Below, in pieces: positions 61,785 to 64,000 of a stretch of 64,000 bases of DNA. A program made the translations under genes and the position numbers. The stretch is taken from the NCBI GenBank assembly GCA_965649825.1, contig OZ287696.1:849101-913100 (forward strand), read 5' to 3'. The notes below the pieces were generated by a model that did no database searches, had not been told where the DNA came from, and worked only from the letters and a program-made list of their open reading frames with translations. The DNA comes from Penicillus capitatus (lineage: Eukaryota; Plantae; Chlorophyta). The first letter of the stretch is position 1; each line of letters opens with the position of its first letter.

Positions 61785-63087
61785 CTATTCGATCAGAAGC
61801 TGACGCTTCCAGATCTTCGTGCGCTTCTTTTCGAAAATCTTTGGATGAAGGAGACTATCGCCCACCTCCCGTTCGCTACAGACATTTCCACGTGGATATG
61901 TGCTGAGTAGTGAGATTCTCTGTGTTACCTTGCCGGTTTCAGCGTCATCTTCCAGAATTCGAACATCGTGAAGAAGGCAGCAGACATGACAGCGACTTGC
62001 GTCACACGAGGCGTCATACCAGCAAAGAGACCTTTGACGCCTTTGTCCTGATAGATCCACATCAGAGAAGCTTGCACAGATCGTTTCTGCGTTCCACACT
62101 GCATCGTCGTCTTCACAACATCCAGAGGCATCGTTGCGATGGCAGCAACGGCACCAGAGAAACCGCCCAGGATCAAATGCTCCCACGTGTGCAGTTTCTT
62201 GTCCGCGCGCTTAGCGGAAACCATATGACGCAGTCTGATGTCACACAATCGTAACGGCACAGTGGGTATGCGCACGCACTACCTTTCATAGAGGGAAAAT
62301 TGCAAAGCAATTTCGGGGACGTCTCTCAACACCGTGGGCATGAAGCCAGCATAGAGTCCACGAATGCCCTGCTTTCTAACAATAGCTGAAGCCGATTGGA
62401 AAACGTTGGGATGCATGTAGGCTTGCACACGATGACGAATCGTGTCTGTTGGAACGCGTACAACGCAAGAGGTGATCGCGCCGCAGGAAGCTGAAATCAC
62501 ATGTGTCAACGGACTATCCCTACACCCCCACCACACGTCACACGCGAGAACGGCATCTGATGGCGCACTTCAGGCCGGACCAAGTGGATTCGATCCAGGA
62601 TTTGCATCCCTCGTAGGCAGCGAAGTAGGCAAGGCCAACTGGCAGAGTACCAAGAATCGATCCCGTGACCCCGAGGTAGATATCGCCGGGGCCTCGGATG
62701 AGCCAATTACGGAACTTGAAGACCTTTTTGCCCCGTACAAGGAATCTGATTTGATTTTTCTTGATGCTCTTTTTCCAGACCTTCACCGCTTTCGGGGGAG
62801 ATCGCACCTGGAGTCGAGTCTTAATCGTGTCAATCGGGTGGATGAATGTCTGCGCCATTGTTCTGGCAAATGTGCCGGCAAAGACGTGACGCACCTATGT
62901 CATTTCCATTACGTGTGTGATCACACGATAGCAGCAGTACCGCATCCGAAGCCGCCAAGACAGCCAGCGGTCGCTGGTACGGCAGAAACACAACAGATGA
63001 AGGATCAAAAGGCGTCCTTGCGTTTAGAAACGTCGTCCCTCCTCGTGGCATGTCGTCTGTCTCGACAAGATTGTGACACTCTTGCAT
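61785..63087 (-). CDS. Mitochondrial carrier family protein, S-adenosylmethionine-carrier-like, N-terminal extension
   Basis: Three PX(D/E)XX(K/R) motifs: HPIDTIKTRLQ, VPTDTIRHRVQ, MPLDVVKTTMQ; RDVPE..F..YE; the start is approximate. Confidence 0.9.
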
Positions 63088-63208
63088 TCGTCAAGTGACA
63101 GAATAGACGGAAATCCGTTCAGCCTTGCAGCACCACGGCTGTAATTCCAAACACCGTCTATTATCGATCGAGTCGCGACCGAATTCCGTAAGCGGCGAAG
63201 AAGCACAG

Positions 63209-64000
63209 ATGAAGAATGTATCGGCGACGATCGCCGACTGGCGAAGGCTCTTGAATATTCCTCCGCAGATTCCGCAGACGACGATGGGAGGAATATCCCG
63301 TTGATGAACGGTCTTTATCAACGATGTGACTCGGCATACGGAAACGGACACCCAGGTGTACGGCGATTTTTCCAATCCGTTGTGCCGAGAGGATGAGTGC
63401 CGGGCAAGAGACGCCGATGCGGCAGAGAGCTTCGAACGACACGTCTTCTCTTGGCTCTCTATCCAGACGCTTCATGGAATTTGTGGAGACGCGCGTGGAC
63501 GGTGTCATCGATCTCAACGAAACCGCGCAACGACTCAACGTAAGACATCTTCGGCCGGTTATCTCGACCCGGTCCGTCGGTGCAGGCACACAAGCGACGT
63601 GTCTACGATATTACAAACGTTTTGGAAGGTGTCGATTTGCTGGAGAAGATTTCGAAGAACAATGTGAGATGGATGCCGCCGTCGCGCACGGATGCGTCAG
63701 AGCACGAAAGAAAAGTCGCGGCGCTGCAAAAGCACATTCGCCATCTCGAAGTGAGCGACGCGCCATCCGCTTGTCTCACGCGTCAATATACGCGAATAGG
63801 AATCGGTGCGAGTCATGGACGAAAAGATCATGGGCGTTTACGCGAATCTACGAGCATTGAAGAAAGATGCCGGCATGGATCGACTTTACATACGCAAGAG
63901 CGACATCGTGGCGATGCCGAGTTTAAAACGAAGACGGTGTTTTGCCATTCATGCAACAGAGGGTGCTCACTTCCACACCAAATCCATCTCTAAACACCAT
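63209..64000 (+). CDS. E2F: E2F transcription factor (partial, runs off window)
   Basis: [50 protein letters not shown], then a coiled coil; the start is approximate. Confidence 0.92.

Overview
Eukaryotic nuclear DNA from a very compact green alga (core-chlorophyte-like by inference: plastid-type thioredoxin x, a chlorophyte-style TKL kinase, a Tctex1 dynein light chain, ~45-65 nt GT-AG introns, TGTAA-type poly(A) signals, standard code). From 28.3 to 64 kb about 22 conserved genes are packed almost end to end: POLD3, CDP-alcohol phosphatidyltransferase, receptor-like kinase, PMM, TMEM184, BRO1, RPS12, PRS4, RPC4, Tctex1, RBBP6/Mpe1, Ku80, TFIIF-beta, Trx x, TASP1, VPS11, SAM carrier, E2F and others. 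From ~2.6 to 28.3 kb there is a rearranged island of duplications and gene fragments. It holds two copies of a cassette whose third copy is the native TMEM184 5' end/upstream region (37.3-39.6 kb), and two ~3 kb degenerate direct repeats. Each of the three cassette copies carries a triplet of ~80-nt hairpins. The island also has a spliced 1447-aa gene with an API5-like N-terminus and stacked tandem repeats, followed by a stranded SPOC-like domain. Other highlights are an ATGA stop/start overlap at VPS11, several candidate polycistronic pairs and multiple GC-AG introns. No rRNA, tRNA, CRISPR or recognisable transposase was found. All family calls come from motif recognition by eye, not database searches.
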